Virus record (IMG/VR): IMGVR_UViG_2825807022_000004
Direction: 5' to 3' (one strand)
DNA: 64,000 nt
Source of the DNA: a virus
Shown: one piece after another, positions 1-8,813 of the stretch
Position numbering within the stretch: the first letter of the stretch is position 1
Layout: every line of letters begins with the position of its first letter
The notes under the pieces: generated by a model
Told to the model about the DNA's origin: nothing
Database searches by the model: none
What the model saw: the letters and a program-made list of their open reading frames with translations, nothing else
Translations under genes and position numbers: made by a program

Positions 1-791
1 AACTGGCGATCCAGCTCGGTGAGTTGTGCATTGGTCTGAGGGTCAACCGTTAAACCGAATTTATCCGCCTTTGCCAATAGCTCTTTGTATTGAGAGCCTT
101 CGCGCATTAACGAAAGAAGGTTTTCGTCTAGACCTAATGCATCAGCCAATGTTTTCTGCGTCTGCGGGGCAAGTTTAGGGAATATCTTTGCCACGTTTTC
201 CAGTGTCTTATAGACATCCGCTGTGCCATCTTTGAGACGCTCGATGACAATCCCGTTCTGAGCCAGCAATGCCTGTGTCGTGTCATTACGCGTCCACAAG
301 GGGTCATTAAACGTCTTATATAATCCCTCTACAGATTGCCGGGCTGAATCACTATCGATCCCTAATATCTGCATCGCGCCACTGACACGGCTAAAATTAT
401 CAACCGACATACCGGCATTTTTTGCCGCCGTATCCAGTCGATAGGCGTTACCCGCCGCCTCACCCAACCCTCTGGCTAGCCCGTTGATGACATACCCGCC
501 AGCGGCTAAGCCGCCCAGTTTGAATGCTTTGCTGCCTAATTCCCCGACCATTTTCAGCGGTGGCACCAGGTCACCGATGTACTGGACACCTTCACGGGCA
601 GAACGCCCCATTCCCTGAAATTTACCCTGCAGGTTATCCAGCCCTTCGACAGACTCATTCCCGCCAAGCTGTAAACCATCACGGGTTTTATCCAACTGGG
701 GAACCAGTTTCTTTACCGCCTCGTCAATACGGTGAATAGTCGCCGTTACCTGATCGTTGGCCACCAGTTCAAAATCAAAAGCATTAGCCAT
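1..791 (-). CDS. Tail tape measure protein, N-terminal part (runs off window), allele A
   Basis: ATG at 791 gives MANAFDFELVANDQ..., homologous to 41916..43739; 160-698 nearly identical to 43108-43646. Confidence 0.9.
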   Translation of the reverse strand, partial: MANAFDFELVANDQVTATIHRIDEAVKKLVPQLDKTRDGLQLGGNESVEGLDNLQGKFQGMGRSAREGVQYIGDLVPPLKMVGELGSKAFKLGGLAAGGYVINGLARGLGEAAGNAYRLDTAAKNAGMSVDNFSRVSGAMQILGIDSDSARQSVEGLYKTFNDPLWTRNDTTQALLAQNGIVIERLKDGTADVYKTLENVAKIFPKLAPQTQKTLADALGLDENLLSLMREGSQYKELLAKADKFGLTVDPQTNAQLTELDRQ

Positions 792-954
792 AACTACTCA
801 CCTTAATTTGATTGATCCGATTGGCCTGCTGATACCACCACTGCAATCGGCTATAGGTCAGGAGCCAGGCATCCATTGGCCCCCACCCATAGTAATAGGT
901 CACATCTGCTAGCTCGTTACCCCACTCTCCGGCTGAGGGGAGTAAGCTAAAAAA
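784..954 (-). other. -1 frameshift extension of tail assembly chaperone (gpE'/gpGT-like), slippery T TTT TTA at 948-954
   Basis: -1 frame reads ...ELADVTYYYGWGPMDAWLLTYSRLQWWYQQ... to a stop at 784-786 overlapping the TMP start. Confidence 0.8.
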
Positions 955-1211
955 CTCATCATGTAGACCTCGCAGGCCTTGTAGTCGGTGAAAGCCATCT
1001 TTTTAATGGCTTCACGCGGTACATTAGACACCAGAGAAATTAATAATCCCATTGCACTGAGTGCACCTGATTTGGCCTGTTCATCATAAAACTGCTGAAC
1101 CTGAAGCAGTACCGGTTCGCTCAGTTCAATCGCTTCATAGGTGGTTTTCATGGCTTCGTGGCCGATCGGTTTAACGAGGGTAATTGTTTTCGTGCGTTCT
1201 AATTCAGACAT
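909..1211 (-). CDS. Tail assembly chaperone, allele A
   Basis: 100 aa ORF between tube and TMP carrying the slippery site. Confidence 0.85.
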   Translation of the reverse strand: MSELERTKTITLVKPIGHEAMKTTYEAIELSEPVLLQVQQFYDEQAKSGALSAMGLLISLVSNVPREAIKKMAFTDYKACEVYMMSFLAYSPQPESGVTS

Positions 1212-1212
1212 A

Positions 1213-1581
1213 TTAATTCTCCGTGACCGAGCCGCCTTCCCAGCGAATATCCGCCGTCGCTTCCGTACTGTCCACTTCCTGCGTATTCACCGACCACATG
1301 CCGCTGCCGATAATGGTTTTACCGTTCGCCAGTTCACAGATGATGCTGACGTTGGTCTGTTCGTTAAAATCACTGATTGAGGTTCCGCCACTATCGCGGA
1401 TCTGGCAGGAAATAAATGGGGCGCTGAAGGTTTCTTTATAACCGTGTACCCCATCCATGCCGGTTAACGTCTCACGCTTGACCCGTGACGGGCTGTATTT
1501 AAACTGCCCCGCCACCATGATGGTCAGTCCGTCTACCGTGACAAAGGCGGTACCGGCCAGACGGTTTCTTGTATCACCCAT
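1213..1581 (-). CDS. Tail tube protein (Mu gpM-like)
   Basis: 122 aa directly after sheath; sequence type and position. Confidence 0.85.
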   Translation of the reverse strand: MGDTRNRLAGTAFVTVDGLTIMVAGQFKYSPSRVKRETLTGMDGVHGYKETFSAPFISCQIRDSGGTSISDFNEQTNVSIICELANGKTIIGSGMWSVNTQEVDSTEATADIRWEGGSVTEN

Positions 1582-1593
1582 AAAATCGATCCC

Positions 1594-3084
1594 TTATGCT
1601 GACGCCTGCAGGCGGAATTGGTTAAGAACAGCAAAAATACGTAACTGATTAATCAGAACGCCCGTCCACAGCACATCGACCCGATTGGGGTTGCTGGCGC
1701 TCTTTTCGACAATCAACCCTTTGGCAAAACCTTTCGCATCCTGCACATAACCGCTAAATTCCAGCGCCTGATACTGGGCAATCAACTCTGCGCGGATCAC
1801 GTTGGGCGTGATAATGGCTGATCCGGGGGCGAAACGGGTACCGTCAGCAGCGAGTTTCATACGGGCAAATTTCGAGGTCACTTGAGTTCGCATATAGCGA
1901 GTAATAAACATCAGCAAAAACAGCGTTTCAATCTGCAAATAGCTGTCATCCTCTGCGCCAAATCCGTTTTTCTGGTAGGTGGTAATGATATTCTCCACTT
2001 GCACCGTACCGTCATCGGCCACCGTGACCGTGGATATGCCGCTGTGCAGCAGGTTATTACGCTCGGTCAGAGTAAAGCGGCTGGCCAGCGGCGGAGCCAG
2101 CACACCGGCGATACTCAGCGTTTGCAACGGACGCCCCGGATCGTTACGCAAACTTTGTGCAATCGCGCCGACATAAGCCGCTGACCAGATGTAACTTGGT
2201 GTTGGCGAGCCATTCACCCCCAATAGGGAAGCATGCTGATCGTTACGTAATTCCCCAGCCGCCGTCAGTTGGCCGTAAGTGCCCGATTGGGCGGCAAAGC
2301 TGTGACCATACAACTGTTCGGCGTAACTCCAACGACCGGTACTGTCCGATAAAAAGTCTTTGAGTTTATTCAGAGACGCTGTATCAGTGTACGGATTGAT
2401 GATGAAATCAAAGGTGCGATCCTGCAAATTAGCCAGGGCATCATCCAGTTCCGGCGCACCGGCGCCGCCCGACATCGGGGTGATCGTCAGTGCCAGACTG
2501 TCCGGCGTGTTTTCCCCACCGGCACTGCCCAGATAGTTCAGGCGCACATCAATCGCGTTGCCGTGAGCACCTTTATTTTTGGCGGTTAAGGTAATCACCC
2601 CCGCCGCCGCCGTCGCTATCACGGGTAAAGCCGTGGCCGCATTAATTGCTGTGGTCAACGCCGTGGCAATGGTGGCAACGTCATCAGTGGCCACCACCGC
2701 AATCTGCACCCGAATACCGGCGATATACAGTGAAATCGCGCCCGTAGCCGATGCCGGAGTGGTCACCGTGATTTTACCGGTTGCCGCCACCATCGCTTCT
2801 GCATCGCTCAAGGGTAAGATATAAATCTCACCGGCAATATCATTCGCCAGATACGCGGCCATTTGCCCCTGCAACATCGAACCCGCACCGCATAACCCGG
2901 CCACGGTGGCCACAGAAGAAACCAGTACCGGTACATTAGGTGGAAGTGTGGCCGCTGCCAGCATTTGCCCGATAATTAAGGTGCGCTGCGTAGTGGTTGC
3001 CGAGTTTGCCTGCGAATTATCGAACTCGGCGAAGAAAAGCGGCGTCCGCAGGTTGTTCGGAATATGGCTAAAAGGAAGGGTCAT
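1594..3084 (-). CDS. Tail sheath protein (Mu gpL-like)
   Basis: 496 aa; IPNNLRTPLFFAEFDNSQA N-terminus and NPNRVDVL C-terminus typical of Mu-type sheaths. Confidence 0.92.
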   Translation of the reverse strand: MTLPFSHIPNNLRTPLFFAEFDNSQANSATTTQRTLIIGQMLAAATLPPNVPVLVSSVATVAGLCGAGSMLQGQMAAYLANDIAGEIYILPLSDAEAMVAATGKITVTTPASATGAISLYIAGIRVQIAVVATDDVATIATALTTAINAATALPVIATAAAGVITLTAKNKGAHGNAIDVRLNYLGSAGGENTPDSLALTITPMSGGAGAPELDDALANLQDRTFDFIINPYTDTASLNKLKDFLSDSTGRWSYAEQLYGHSFAAQSGTYGQLTAAGELRNDQHASLLGVNGSPTPSYIWSAAYVGAIAQSLRNDPGRPLQTLSIAGVLAPPLASRFTLTERNNLLHSGISTVTVADDGTVQVENIITTYQKNGFGAEDDSYLQIETLFLLMFITRYMRTQVTSKFARMKLAADGTRFAPGSAIITPNVIRAELIAQYQALEFSGYVQDAKGFAKGLIVEKSASNPNRVDVLWTGVLINQLRIFAVLNQFRLQASA

Positions 3085-3275
3085 TATGGTTTTTTCTCCA
3101 CTTGAGTGGCTTCAGGTGCGGGTTTCACTTTCGGCTCTGGAACGCACACCACGTCACCGTCATTTAATCGGCGACGCCAAAAAGAATTGTCGGGAACCTC
3201 TGCGCCAGTTTCAGGCAAAAAGGTGCCCTTCACCGGATCGCGTACTGAGCGACCGGTTACGGGTTGTACAATCAT
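3084..3275 (-). CDS. DUF2635 / Mu gp38-like small tail protein
   Basis: 63 aa with VRDP and FWRRRLNDGDV immediately upstream of sheath. Confidence 0.75.
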   Translation of the reverse strand: MIVQPVTGRSVRDPVKGTFLPETGAEVPDNSFWRRRLNDGDVVCVPEPKVKPAPEATQVEKKP

Positions 3276-3625
3276 GGAATTGACTCCTAAAGGTTGATAG
3301 CTACCAGCGGTTCTGGTGCGCCATCGGGCATGGCAATAGTGACGTCAATACCCGCCAGCGGCTCGGCATCGATAGGATAGAAATCTTCCGGGCCTTGGTA
3401 ATATTCAATATCCAATTCCATCAGCAGTTGAGCCATATGCCCTTCGCCCGAGGAATCAATATCAATCGTGGAGCGTACTCGCGCGAATTGCTGAATTTTC
3501 CGCGTCAGTTCATAGCTATTAATCACCGCCCGCTCGACCTGATCGCGCAACCGCTCTAAGTGAATAGACCCGGGTTTCGTAGACACTTTTTTGCCTCATA
3601 ATGGAGGCCTAATGAAGGAGTGTTT

Positions 3626-3904
3626 ATGTCAGTCAAAACGTTCACTGAAGAATTCAAAATTGAAGCTGTAAAACAGATTAACGAGCAGGGATACCCTGTT
3701 TCTGAGGTTGCGGCACGACTTGGTGTTTCCACCAATAGCCTTTACGCATGGATCAAGCGTTACCAAAAACCCGAACCACAGCGCAAGCAGGACGATGCCC
3801 TCCAGCACGAAGTAAAGCGCCTCAGGCAAGAACTTAAGCGGGTGACTGAAGAGCGAGATATTTTAAAAAAGGCCGCCGCGTACTTTGCAAGAACGTCAGG
3901 CTGA
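3626..3904 (+). CDS. IS3 transposase OrfA (HTH)
   Basis: FTEEFKIEAVK...VAARLGVSTNSLYAW; A6G frameshift motif at 3865-3871. Confidence 0.9.
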   Translation: MSVKTFTEEFKIEAVKQINEQGYPVSEVAARLGVSTNSLYAWIKRYQKPEPQRKQDDALQHEVKRLRQELKRVTEERDILKKAAAYFARTSG

Positions 3905-3924
3905 AGTACGCCTTCATTAAAAAA

Positions 3925-4776
3925 ATGTCGACCTTTTATGCGGTACGCCGGTTGTGTCTGGTTCTTGGCCTCCATTACAGCGGTTATTACCAGTGGCTAA
4001 AACGGCCTCAATCTCTGCGCGCCAGGCAAGATGAGCGCCAAACAGGCCTCATTAAACAACTGTGGCTTGAAAGTGGTACGGTTTATGGTTATCGAAAAAT
4101 CTGGCTCGACATGAAAGACTTGGGTGAGCGAGCTGGGCGTAACAGGATCGCGCGCCTAATGAGGCTTGCAGAGTTGGCTTCTCAAACCGGATATCGGAAA
4201 CGCCGCTATTACGGCGGCGGAAAAACATCAGTTGCCAACCCTAATTACCTTGAACGCCAGTTCATTGTTCCTACCCCCAATACGCATTGGGTGAGTGACA
4301 TGACCTATATCAGAACGCATGAGGGATGGTTGTATCTGGCCGTTGTTCTCGATCTTTTCTCGCGTCGGGTTATCGGCTGGAGTATGGGGGGGCGAATGAC
4401 AGCAGAGCTGGTGATGGACGCCTTGTTGATGGCAGTGTGGCGACGTAAACCAACGGCAAAAGTACTAATCCATTCGGATCAGGGCTCGCAATATACGAGC
4501 GAAAGATGTCAGCATTTTATGACCGCTCACAATTTAAAAAGCAGCATGAGTCGCCGAGGTAATTGCCATGATAACGCGGTGGCTGAAAGCTTTTTTCAGT
4601 TGCTAAAACGAGAACGCATAAAGAAACGGATCTATAAAAATAGAGAAGAAGCGAAGGCGGATATCTTCGATTATGTAGAGATGTTTTATAATGCTAAACG
4701 GCGTCACAGTGCCTGTGAAGATCAACCACCTGCAGTTTATGAAAGTGCCTGGTTCATGAGGCACGCAACCGTCTAG
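3925..4776 (+). CDS. IS3 transposase OrfB (DDE), probably translated as OrfAB by -1 frameshift
   Basis: WVSDMTY, HSDQGSQY and DNAVAESFF motifs. Confidence 0.93.
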   Translation: MSTFYAVRRLCLVLGLHYSGYYQWLKRPQSLRARQDERQTGLIKQLWLESGTVYGYRKIWLDMKDLGERAGRNRIARLMRLAELASQTGYRKRRYYGGGKTSVANPNYLERQFIVPTPNTHWVSDMTYIRTHEGWLYLAVVLDLFSRRVIGWSMGGRMTAELVMDALLMAVWRRKPTAKVLIHSDQGSQYTSERCQHFMTAHNLKSSMSRRGNCHDNAVAESFFQLLKRERIKKRIYKNREEAKADIFDYVEMFYNAKRRHSACEDQPPAVYESAWFMRHATV

Positions 4777-5059
4777 GAAACTGGGGTCTATTCAAAGGCC
4801 AGCTCCGCTTTTACCGCGCCATCATCGGCGAGTTCACTGTCAAACTCTTGCAGGCGACCAGTGATACGAACGGTAGTGATGGTATTGAACTGCGGGGCGT
4901 TACGACCCAGTGACTGTTTTTCCTCAATCAAGGTTTGGATCAGCAGTACCGGATACATCTCTTCGGTGGTTGGCCAGTCACGCGGAGAATAAACACGGTG
5001 ATCTGCGTCGGTATTCCCCTGTAGAGCCGCCACCACCCGTTCTCTTACCTGAGCTGTAT

Positions 5060-5407
5060 TCATGTTTTTTTGACCTGATTAAGAATCAGTTTACTGCCAC
5101 CGTGACTATCGGGCTGAACGTCCGACACGGTGAACAGCGTATTGATGGTCACGCCACCGGCCACAGCAATAAATACCCGGTCACCCTGTTTAGGCAGCGA
5201 ACGAAATTCACTGTCTCTTACGCCTAAAACCGGCTTAGTGGTATTGATGGTGCTGCCATCGTCGAGCGGTTCAATATCCTGCGTATACGCCCGGTCAAAG
5301 ATACCGCTGACGGTGTAAGCGGCGCCACCCGCAGGCCGGTATTCAACCGGATCGCCAAATACCGAATGCAATGGCGCAAGAAGATGCTGATCCCAGTGGA
5401 TGCCCAT
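5060..5407 (-). CDS. Head-tail joining protein (lambda FII-like)
   Basis: 115 aa; position after capsid genes. Confidence 0.6.
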   Translation of the reverse strand: MGIHWDQHLLAPLHSVFGDPVEYRPAGGAAYTVSGIFDRAYTQDIEPLDDGSTINTTKPVLGVRDSEFRSLPKQGDRVFIAVAGGVTINTLFTVSDVQPDSHGGSKLILNQVKKT

Positions 5408-5410
5408 ACG

Positions 5411-5782
5411 CTAGCCTTCCTGAGTGACGATAACGCCATTGTTAACCTGAATCATCGGCGCACCGGCTGCTTCGCGGGCAGCGGCTTGCTTTCTCAAAGC
5501 ATCCAACGTAATGACAAAACCTGCATCAATCAGAGTGACCACATCGTCAAGATCATCGAGAACCAAGGTATTGCTTTCGAGATAGAGCTTGTCGTTATGC
5601 TTCACTGAACGCCCCTTAAGCACCACAACCGTGGTGCTGAGAGAGTCCGTGTCACCGGGGAATGCCTGATCTTCTCCATCAGGTGTTTCTAACTGAGTGT
5701 CAGTCCCTTCTAACTGTTCCGCAGGGATAGTTTTCTCTATCTCTACCCCTGACTCATCCGGGATCTCTTTTTGCTTCGCCAT
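5411..5782 (-). CDS. Hypothetical virion-region protein (likely start MAKQKE)
   Basis: ORF directly after major capsid gene; present in both copies. Confidence 0.6.
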   Translation of the reverse strand: MAKQKEIPDESGVEIEKTIPAEQLEGTDTQLETPDGEDQAFPGDTDSLSTTVVVLKGRSVKHNDKLYLESNTLVLDDLDDVVTLIDAGFVITLDALRKQAAAREAAGAPMIQVNNGVIVTQEG

Positions 5783-5783
5783 C

Positions 5784-6830
5784 TCACACCACCTTTGCGC
5801 ACAGAGTGGCATTGACCCGGCTTGGAATCACCAGCGGGGAAGATTGCATCAGCAGGAAACGTTGAGCCGGATCTTCCTGAAGCCAGCTTTTCGGCGCATA
5901 GGCCATGGGACCATAGTTGAAGGCCGGATCGAGAATAGCGGCAAAGCTGCGCGTTCCCATCAAATCGGCACCGGACATAATGACCAAGCCATCAGCCAGC
6001 ATCGGTTTTTCAACCCCATCAACCGGGTCAATGTACCAATCGTTATAGAGCCACAAATCAAACTGACCCCAACGGCCTTTATACACCGCGCCTTTGCCCA
6101 CGCGCGCACCGGCATCAATCTGATTGCCAAACGGGCTTAATGCCGGGAAGACGATGGCGTTGTCTTTGATGGTGGTATCCAGTCGGAACGCGCGCCATGA
6201 CGAGGTGGTAAACACCAGGTCGGTCACGACTGCACCAGAGTCTTTCAGTACCTGAGTCTGCCACAACTCAATATCTTGCGAAGGCTTGTCGTTGGTTGCC
6301 CCTGCCGCAACCACCATCGGCCATTTGTCACTACCACTGAGGGCGACGGTTAACGCGGCAGAACGACCAAAATCAATCACGGTGGTGTCAAAACCTTCAC
6401 CGGTGACGGTGATGGTACCGGACGCCAGCGCATTGGCGGCCATCCACTCCAGTCGGCGGTTGACCATATCGATCTGATCGGCCATTTCGAATTGCAGATT
6501 TAGCATTTCACGCTCGGCGGCGGTGTACTCGCCACCAATCCGCTCACCAATCTGGCGACGGATTGGCTTACGCAGATCAGGTGCGCGCTTATCTTTGATG
6601 TACGGCGGTTTAAAGGTATTGGTTTGCAGACGGCGACTTTCTACCAGCTTGCCCTGCACCAGCGGCGAAACGAACGGAGCCATACGACGCTGCCCTACAT
6701 CCACATCGATGGACACAAACTCGGTATCAGAGGTCACCACGTTGGGAAAGAATCGGTCGAGTAAGAAATTTTGTGAGGTTTTCAGGTTGGGGACGGTCTG
6801 CACCAACACATTGGTATCAAAAATATTCAT
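5784..6830 (-). CDS. Major capsid protein, lambda gpE family
   Basis: 348 aa; FLLDRFF, RRMAPFVSP and FLLMQSSPL motifs; follows decoration gene. Confidence 0.9.
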   Translation of the reverse strand: MNIFDTNVLVQTVPNLKTSQNFLLDRFFPNVVTSDTEFVSIDVDVGQRRMAPFVSPLVQGKLVESRRLQTNTFKPPYIKDKRAPDLRKPIRRQIGERIGGEYTAAEREMLNLQFEMADQIDMVNRRLEWMAANALASGTITVTGEGFDTTVIDFGRSAALTVALSGSDKWPMVVAAGATNDKPSQDIELWQTQVLKDSGAVVTDLVFTTSSWRAFRLDTTIKDNAIVFPALSPFGNQIDAGARVGKGAVYKGRWGQFDLWLYNDWYIDPVDGVEKPMLADGLVIMSGADLMGTRSFAAILDPAFNYGPMAYAPKSWLQEDPAQRFLLMQSSPLVIPSRVNATLCAKVV

Positions 6831-6934
6831 GAAATCTCTCTATAAAATAGCCCGACAACCTGCGCTGCCGGACGGAATGAAGGCGTGCAACGCCCTACCA
6901 AAGAAATGGCATCAGTCAATACAGACAAACAGAG

Positions 6935-7333
6935 TTAGGTATTAGACGCGGTCAGGCTGCTACGGAGGAAAATAGAATACGGACGAAGAGCCACAGCAAG
7001 ATCGGCCAGCGTCCAGCTGTCATCAAAAATAACCCGATGTTGATTAAACTCGCCCATCAGATAAACCCCAGCCTGAACTGCACCAGTCGTGGCATCGGCG
7101 TCATCAACCAAAATAGCGCAAGGTACTTGACTGCCATCCGTCGCCGTTTTAACCGATTGGATATAGGCTTTAGTCGTCGTGATTTGCCCCAAAACCGTAC
7201 CCCGTCGCAGAACACCCGCAGAAAGGCTGACGGTATCGGTGACCAGTTGCAGCGGCCCACTGACCAGTTGATCCGGAACAAAAACCGCCTGAGTGACGCC
7301 GGGAGTAAAACTATTCTGTCCTATCTCATTCAT
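6935..7333 (-). CDS. Head decoration protein (gpD-like)
   Basis: 132 aa; LRRGTVLG, DGSQVPCAIL, GEFN. Confidence 0.8.
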   Translation of the reverse strand: MNEIGQNSFTPGVTQAVFVPDQLVSGPLQLVTDTVSLSAGVLRRGTVLGQITTTKAYIQSVKTATDGSQVPCAILVDDADATTGAVQAGVYLMGEFNQHRVIFDDSWTLADLAVALRPYSIFLRSSLTASNT

Positions 7334-7956
7334 GATTTTTTACCTACCGTTTGGTTATACAAACCCGTCATTTTACTGACCAGCGCCTGAGCCGAGCCGC
7401 TTGGGGCATCGGCCGCATCCTGACCCACTTGCACATTACCCAACGCCTGCATCCGCTCATCCAGAGAACGCTTGCGAGGGGTTGATGCTGCGGGGGTCGC
7501 CGCTGAAGTTGAGGCCAGCACGCGAATAACTGCGGCAGAACTCATGCCGGAGTTCAACGCCAGTGAAGCGGCTAAATCCACGCGACCCGCTGCATGTTTG
7601 CTGCCAAAAATCCTTGCACAGCGCTTACGCTCAGCCCGACGACCCTTTTTAACATTGCGGTCTTCGTCTTCATCATCGCCGTCATCGTCTTCCCCCTCAT
7701 CCGCATCGGCGTCATCGCTGTCGTCTTCTGCATCAGGGTCTTTTTCATCCTGATCGTCATCATCGCTTTCAGCGCGACGCCCCTTGGCTTTTTTGCCGTT
7801 TTTTTCCTCGTCTTCGTTATCGTCCTGATCCTCATCATCTTCAGCATGACGGCCTTTAGCCTTCTTCGACTTTTCCTTATCCTTATCCTCTTCATTTTCT
7901 TCAGATGCCTTGGCACCACGGCCAAACAGGTGAGAAAAACCTTTAATTTTCGCCAT
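7330..7956 (-). CDS. Probable capsid scaffolding protein, highly charged low-complexity N-half
   Basis: Between protease and decoration genes; D/E- and K-rich with repeated KKAKGRxAE. Confidence 0.6.
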   Translation of the reverse strand: MAKIKGFSHLFGRGAKASEENEEDKDKEKSKKAKGRHAEDDEDQDDNEDEEKNGKKAKGRRAESDDDDQDEKDPDAEDDSDDADADEGEDDDGDDEDEDRNVKKGRRAERKRCARIFGSKHAAGRVDLAASLALNSGMSSAAVIRVLASTSAATPAASTPRKRSLDERMQALGNVQVGQDAADAPSGSAQALVSKMTGLYNQTVGKKS

Positions 7957-8813
7957 TACTCTTCTCCAACTTGGTTTAATAAAGCCCGGAATGCGGTATC
8001 CGGTGCGGCCACTTCATCAGCCAGCCCCAGTTGCACGCCGTCAGCGGCCAACAAGCAGGCCGCCTGAGTATCCCGAATGATTTTTTCTGCTATCCCGCGA
8101 TTGCGGGCAACGGTACTGACAAATAAGCGCCCCATTTCATCAACATCAGACTGGATGGACTGCTGTGCCTCTTCACTTAACGGGGTGTAAGGGTTAGATT
8201 CAGCCTTGCGATCGCCGTAGGTAATGATGGTCACCTGTAGGCCATCGGCTTTGATACGCTGCGACCAATCCACATGCATCACAATCACCCCCACCGACCC
8301 CACGCCACCGGTTCGCGGTACCACAATCCGGTCGGCGGCACTCGCCAGCGCGTAAGCCGCCGAATAGGCATTCTCTGACAAGATGGCCCAGATCGGCTTT
8401 TGCCCACGAGAAGCATAAATTTCATCAACCAGATCAAAACATCCGGCCACCTCACCGCCGGGCGAATCAATATCCAGGCAAATACCCTTGACGGTTTTGT
8501 CATACAGCGCCCGGAGAAAACAGGCGCGGATGCCGTCATAGCCCGTCATGCCACTGTAGGGGCGCAAACTCCCCAGTTTCTGCACCAAGGTGCCCTGAAT
8601 AGGAATGATGGCAATCCCCTCAACGACGTCATAGCCGGTATCCCGGCCTTTGCGGGTAAAAACTTCATCATCGTCGTCACCCCAGTCAGTACTGGACTGA
8701 ATGCGGGTCAGGCCGAATCTGTCGGTCAGCGCGGCCATCACCACTTCCGCTTTGCGCGGATGTAGCGCCAGCGGGGTATTGAACAGCCGCTGAGCCAAGT
8801 GCGGTAAATTCAC
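7956..8813 (-). CDS. Prohead protease, S49 family (lambda gpC-like)
   Basis: LDIDSPGG, AYSAAY, GSVGV motifs. Confidence 0.9.
   Translation of the reverse strand: MNLPHLAQRLFNTPLALHPRKAEVVMAALTDRFGLTRIQSSTDWGDDDDEVFTRKGRDTGYDVVEGIAIIPIQGTLVQKLGSLRPYSGMTGYDGIRACFLRALYDKTVKGICLDIDSPGGEVAGCFDLVDEIYASRGQKPIWAILSENAYSAAYALASAADRIVVPRTGGVGSVGVIVMHVDWSQRIKADGLQVTIITYGDRKAESNPYTPLSEEAQQSIQSDVDEMGRLFVSTVARNRGIAEKIIRDTQAACLLAADGVQLGLADEVAAPDTAFRALLNQVGEE

Larger units (their letters stand above)
3561..4794 (+). mobile_element. IS3-family insertion sequence, 1234 bp, 3-bp target duplication AAG
   Basis: Terminal IRs TGAATAGACCC.../...GGGTCTATTCA; AAG at 3558-3560 and 4795-4797; empty site in copy B; offset change 1237 = 1234+3. 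Confidence 0.97.
3287..5063 (-). pseudogene. Tail completion/terminator-like gene split by IS3
   Basis: Halves 4798-5063 and 3287-3560 rejoin to the intact 179 aa ORF at 46238..46777. Confidence 0.92.

Noticed and set aside
7472-8067. Alternative-frame and antisense ORFs over the scaffold gene (e.g. 7594..8067 hydrophobic, 7572..7925 basic)
   Set aside because: Shadows of low-complexity GAT/GAA/AAA codons; no SD and fully overlapping a well-supported gene
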